A DNA stretch of 26,886 nt, from positions 1-26,886 of the forward strand of contig JAGVNY010000167.1 in assembly GCA_020053015.1 (NCBI GenBank). The letters are read 5' to 3'. Each line of letters opens with the position of its first letter. Positions within the stretch are counted from its first letter, which is position 1. A program made the translations under genes and the position numbers. This document shows positions 24,565 through 26,886 of this stretch, piece after piece. This DNA is from Candidatus Zixiibacteriota bacterium. Its GTDB lineage: Bacteria; Zixibacteria; MSB-5A5; JAABVY01; JAHJOQ01. The notes beneath the pieces are model-generated. The model did no database searches and was not told the DNA's origin. It saw nothing but the letters and a program-made list of their open reading frames with translations.

Positions 24565-25205
24565 TTGAATGCTCCAATGACCGTTTTGCCCCCTATTACT
24601 CTATCGCCCTGTCGCACGTTGATCTCAACATTCTGTGGGAAGAAAATGTCCATCCTCGATCCGAACCTCATCACTCCGAACCTCTCCCCTGCTGCAACCA
24701 CCTGCCCCGGTTCGAGGCTGAAAACCACGCGTCTCGCAACGCTGCCTGCAATCTGCCTGAAATGAATCTTTCCGTGAGGAGTCTCCAAATCAATCTCGCT
24801 TCGCTGATTCTCTGTCGACGCTTGAGGACGGAAGGCAGAGAACCACTTCCCGGGTCTGAACTTGGCGTTCGCAATACGACCGGCCGCCGGCGCTCTGTTC
24901 ACGTGACAATCGAATACCGATAAGAAGATGGATAACCGCGTGGAGAACCCAGACAGCTCCGGCGGTATAGCCCCGTCAACCAGCAACACTTTTCCGTCTG
25001 CAGGCGCAACAATTGCCTTCTCATCGCAGTCAGTTTCAAATTCTGGCTCCCGGAAAAAGAAGAACATCATCGCGGTCAGACATAGCGCCACCCATCCCGT
25101 TACTATCAGCGGCAGCGCGTGGAGCCCATAGCCGAGAGCGAGCAGTGCGAACGACACAAAGAGCGTGCCGAAGATGACCGGGTGTCCTTCACGCGCGATG
25201 GTCAC
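24561..25205 (-). CDS. psd: Phosphatidylserine decarboxylase family proenzyme (short archaeal/Bacillus-type, Asd/Psd).
   Basis: About 214 aa, with N-terminal TM segments and a C-terminal FGSRMDIFFP (a G-S-[TR] self-cleavage / pyruvoyl-forming motif). Confidence 0.75.
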   Translation of the reverse strand: MTIAREGHPVIFGTLFVSFALLALGYGLHALPLIVTGWVALCLTAMMFFFFREPEFETDCDEKAIVAPADGKVLLVDGAIPPELSGFSTRLSIFLSVFDCHVNRAPAAGRIANAKFRPGKWFSAFRPQASTENQRSEIDLETPHGKIHFRQIAGSVARRVVFSLEPGQVVAAGERFGVMRFGSRMDIFFPQNVEINVRQGDRVIGGKTVIGAFK

Positions 25206-26494
25206 TTGAATACTCTCTTGAAGATGGTGTCGACGTGCGACAAATACGGTTTGTAATCAAAGAGGCTCTTCAACTCTGTCGCAGTGAACCGCCCACTAAT
25301 CTCAGGATCAGCCATCAGAACCTTCTTGAATGAGCTCCCCTCCTTCCATGCGGAGTGCGCGGCGCGCTGTATCAGAGTGTATGCGGCTTCACGCGATCCG
25401 AGTCTGTCGGTGAGGACCAGAAGCAGCCGTCCCGAGTAGATCAACCCTCCGGTCCTGTCCAGGTTTGCCCGAAGATTCCTGGGGTAAACCACAAGGTCAC
25501 GAATCACCTGAGCAAACTTGAAAAGCATGTAATCGAGGAGAATAGTAGAGTCCGGGAAAATGACTCGTTCTACGGATGAGTGCGATATATCTCTCTCATG
25601 CCAGAGCGGGATGTTCTCCAGTGCTGCAATAAGATTGCCGCGAAGTAATCGCGCCTGCCCGCACATCTGTTCGCACGTGATAGGGTTCTTCTTGTGCGGC
25701 ATAGCAGAGCTCCCCTTCTGCCCTTTGCTGAAGCCCTCTTCGAGCTCCAGCACCTCTGTCTTCTGGAGGTGCCTGATTTCCAAGGCGAACTTCTCAAGAG
25801 ACGTGGCGATCATCGTGAGCGCCCAGATGAACTCGGCATGTCGATCCCTTTGCACAATCTGAGTGGATACCGGAGCCGGCTTGAGGCCAAGTCTCGCACA
25901 GACGTATTTCTCAACACGGGGATCGATATTCGCAAAAGTACCTACTGCGCCGGACATCTTTCCGACCGAAATCGTGTCTACGGCTTTGCGAAGTCGATCG
26001 AGATTGCGGGACATCTCCGAATACCAAACTGCAAAGGTCAGTCCGAGTGACGTTGGCTCAGCGTGGACGCCGTGCGTGCGCCCGACTTTGGGTTGATACT
26101 TGTACCGATGGGCTTTCTTCCGAATCTCTGACATCAGCGCTTTCGTGCGCGTGAGAAGCAACTCGCCGGAGCGTTTCAGAGTGAGGGCAGTAGCCGTATC
26201 AAGCACGTCGGACGAAGTTAGTCCGAAGTGAATGTACTTAGCGTCCGGACCGACCGAGTTGCCTACGTCAGTCAAGAAGGCTATGACGTCGTGCTTCACG
26301 GTCTCTTCGATCTTCAGGATTCGTTTGGCGCTGAATGCAGCGCGAGAGCGAATGCGTTTGACCGCTGCGACCGGCATTCTGCCGAGTTTGACCCACGCCT
26401 CGCATGTCGCAATCTCCACCTCGAGCCAGGTTGCGAACTTGTTGTCGTCAGTCCAGAGGTTAGTCATCTCCGGAAGCGAGTACCGGGGAATCAT
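25202..26494 (-). CDS. purB: Adenylosuccinate lyase PurB.
   Basis: [15 protein letters not shown]-terminus, [13 protein letters not shown] (fumarate-lyase family signature region) and [10 protein letters not shown] (the catalytic loop S-S-x-M-P-x-K-x-N). 430 aa. Confidence 0.95.
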   Translation of the reverse strand: MIPRYSLPEMTNLWTDDNKFATWLEVEIATCEAWVKLGRMPVAAVKRIRSRAAFSAKRILKIEETVKHDVIAFLTDVGNSVGPDAKYIHFGLTSSDVLDTATALTLKRSGELLLTRTKALMSEIRKKAHRYKYQPKVGRTHGVHAEPTSLGLTFAVWYSEMSRNLDRLRKAVDTISVGKMSGAVGTFANIDPRVEKYVCARLGLKPAPVSTQIVQRDRHAEFIWALTMIATSLEKFALEIRHLQKTEVLELEEGFSKGQKGSSAMPHKKNPITCEQMCGQARLLRGNLIAALENIPLWHERDISHSSVERVIFPDSTILLDYMLFKFAQVIRDLVVYPRNLRANLDRTGGLIYSGRLLLVLTDRLGSREAAYTLIQRAAHSAWKEGSSFKKVLMADPEISGRFTATELKSLFDYKPYLSHVDTIFKRVFK

Positions 26495-26886
26495 GACCGC
26501 GCCTTCACCTTTTCCCAGTCGGCAAGAAACTTCTTCAATCCGATGTCTGTCAGGGGATGTTTTACAATCTGTTCAATGACATAGAACGGCATAGTAGCCA
26601 CGTGTGCGCCCATCATCGCTGCATCGACGAGGTGCAAGGGGTTTCGGATCGAGGCAACCAACACTTCCGTGTCGAATGAATAATTGTTGTATATCCTCAC
26701 TATCTGCTCGACCAGCCCCATCCCGTAGTGGGAGACGTCGTCAAGTCTTCCCACAAAAGGCGAAACGAATCGAGCTCCGGCCTTGGCGGCGAGAATCGCC
26801 TGAGAAGGCGAGAAGACGAGCGTCACATTCACTCCGATTCCGTCCGAGGTCAGCGCCTTCGTCGCCTTCAGACCCGGAAGTATGCA
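26491..26886 (-). CDS. tal: Transaldolase / fructose-6-phosphate aldolase family (short Tal type). N-terminus lies beyond the window end.
   Basis: [34 protein letters not shown] (Schiff-base Lys region) and the C-terminal [28 protein letters not shown]...[15 protein letters not shown]. The frame stays open upstream to the window edge. The listed M is a GTG inside the conserved GIxVNVTL motif. Confidence 0.85.
   Translation of the reverse strand, partial: CILPGLKATKALTSDGIGVNVTLVFSPSQAILAAKAGARFVSPFVGRLDDVSHYGMGLVEQIVRIYNNYSFDTEVLVASIRNPLHLVDAAMMGAHVATMPFYVIEQIVKHPLTDIGLKKFLADWEKVKARS

Noticed and set aside
1-26886. CRISPR arrays, transposases, integrases or prophage genes
   Set aside because: No direct-repeat/spacer periodicity was seen in any intergenic region. 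No ORF has DDE, tyrosine-recombinase (R..H..R..Y) or serine-recombinase motifs. Intergenic regions are all under 160 bp.

Overview
This 26.9-kb window from a moderately GC-rich bacterial genome is tightly packed, with most adjacent genes overlapping by 1-4 nt. A C-terminal T9SS-type sorting domain and PorV/PorQ-like outer-membrane proteins suggest an FCB-group or candidate-phylum organism. Nearly everything from 4.6 kb to 17.9 kb and from 21.9 kb to the end is on the minus strand.

Housekeeping genes present:
- AI-2E transporter (5'-partial)
- NADP-type isocitrate dehydrogenase
- purB, purS and purQ
- pssA and psd (phosphatidylethanolamine synthesis)
- tatA
- a Dus tRNA-dihydrouridine synthase
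- transaldolase (partial at the window end)

Accessory or unusual content:
1. A solitary MmeI-family type IIG/IIL restriction-modification enzyme of 1103 aa (PD-ExK nuclease fused to a gamma-class N6-adenine methyltransferase and a target-recognition region), inserted between housekeeping genes.
2. Two tandem FadL-like (PorV/PorQ-type) outer-membrane beta-barrel paralogs next to an 845-aa BNR/Asp-box repeat protein that carries a T9SS-type C-terminal sorting domain.
3. A translationally coupled trio on the minus strand: a YdjI-like SPFH protein with a C-terminal triple zinc ribbon, then an internally duplicated zinc-ribbon protein of unknown family, then a short Ppx/GppA phosphatase. This is the best candidate for an undescribed membrane-stress or polyphosphate-linked module.
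4. larB-larC (nickel-pincer cofactor biosynthesis) translationally coupled to an orphan etfA, with no etfB, larA or larE in the window.
5. A tandem-FHA / metallophosphoesterase / CHASE2-Ser/Thr-kinase operon, preceded by a perfect 17-bp palindrome in a divergent promoter region.

No CRISPR array, transposase, integrase, rRNA or convincing tRNA was seen. All calls rest on motif recognition by eye; no database searches were run.
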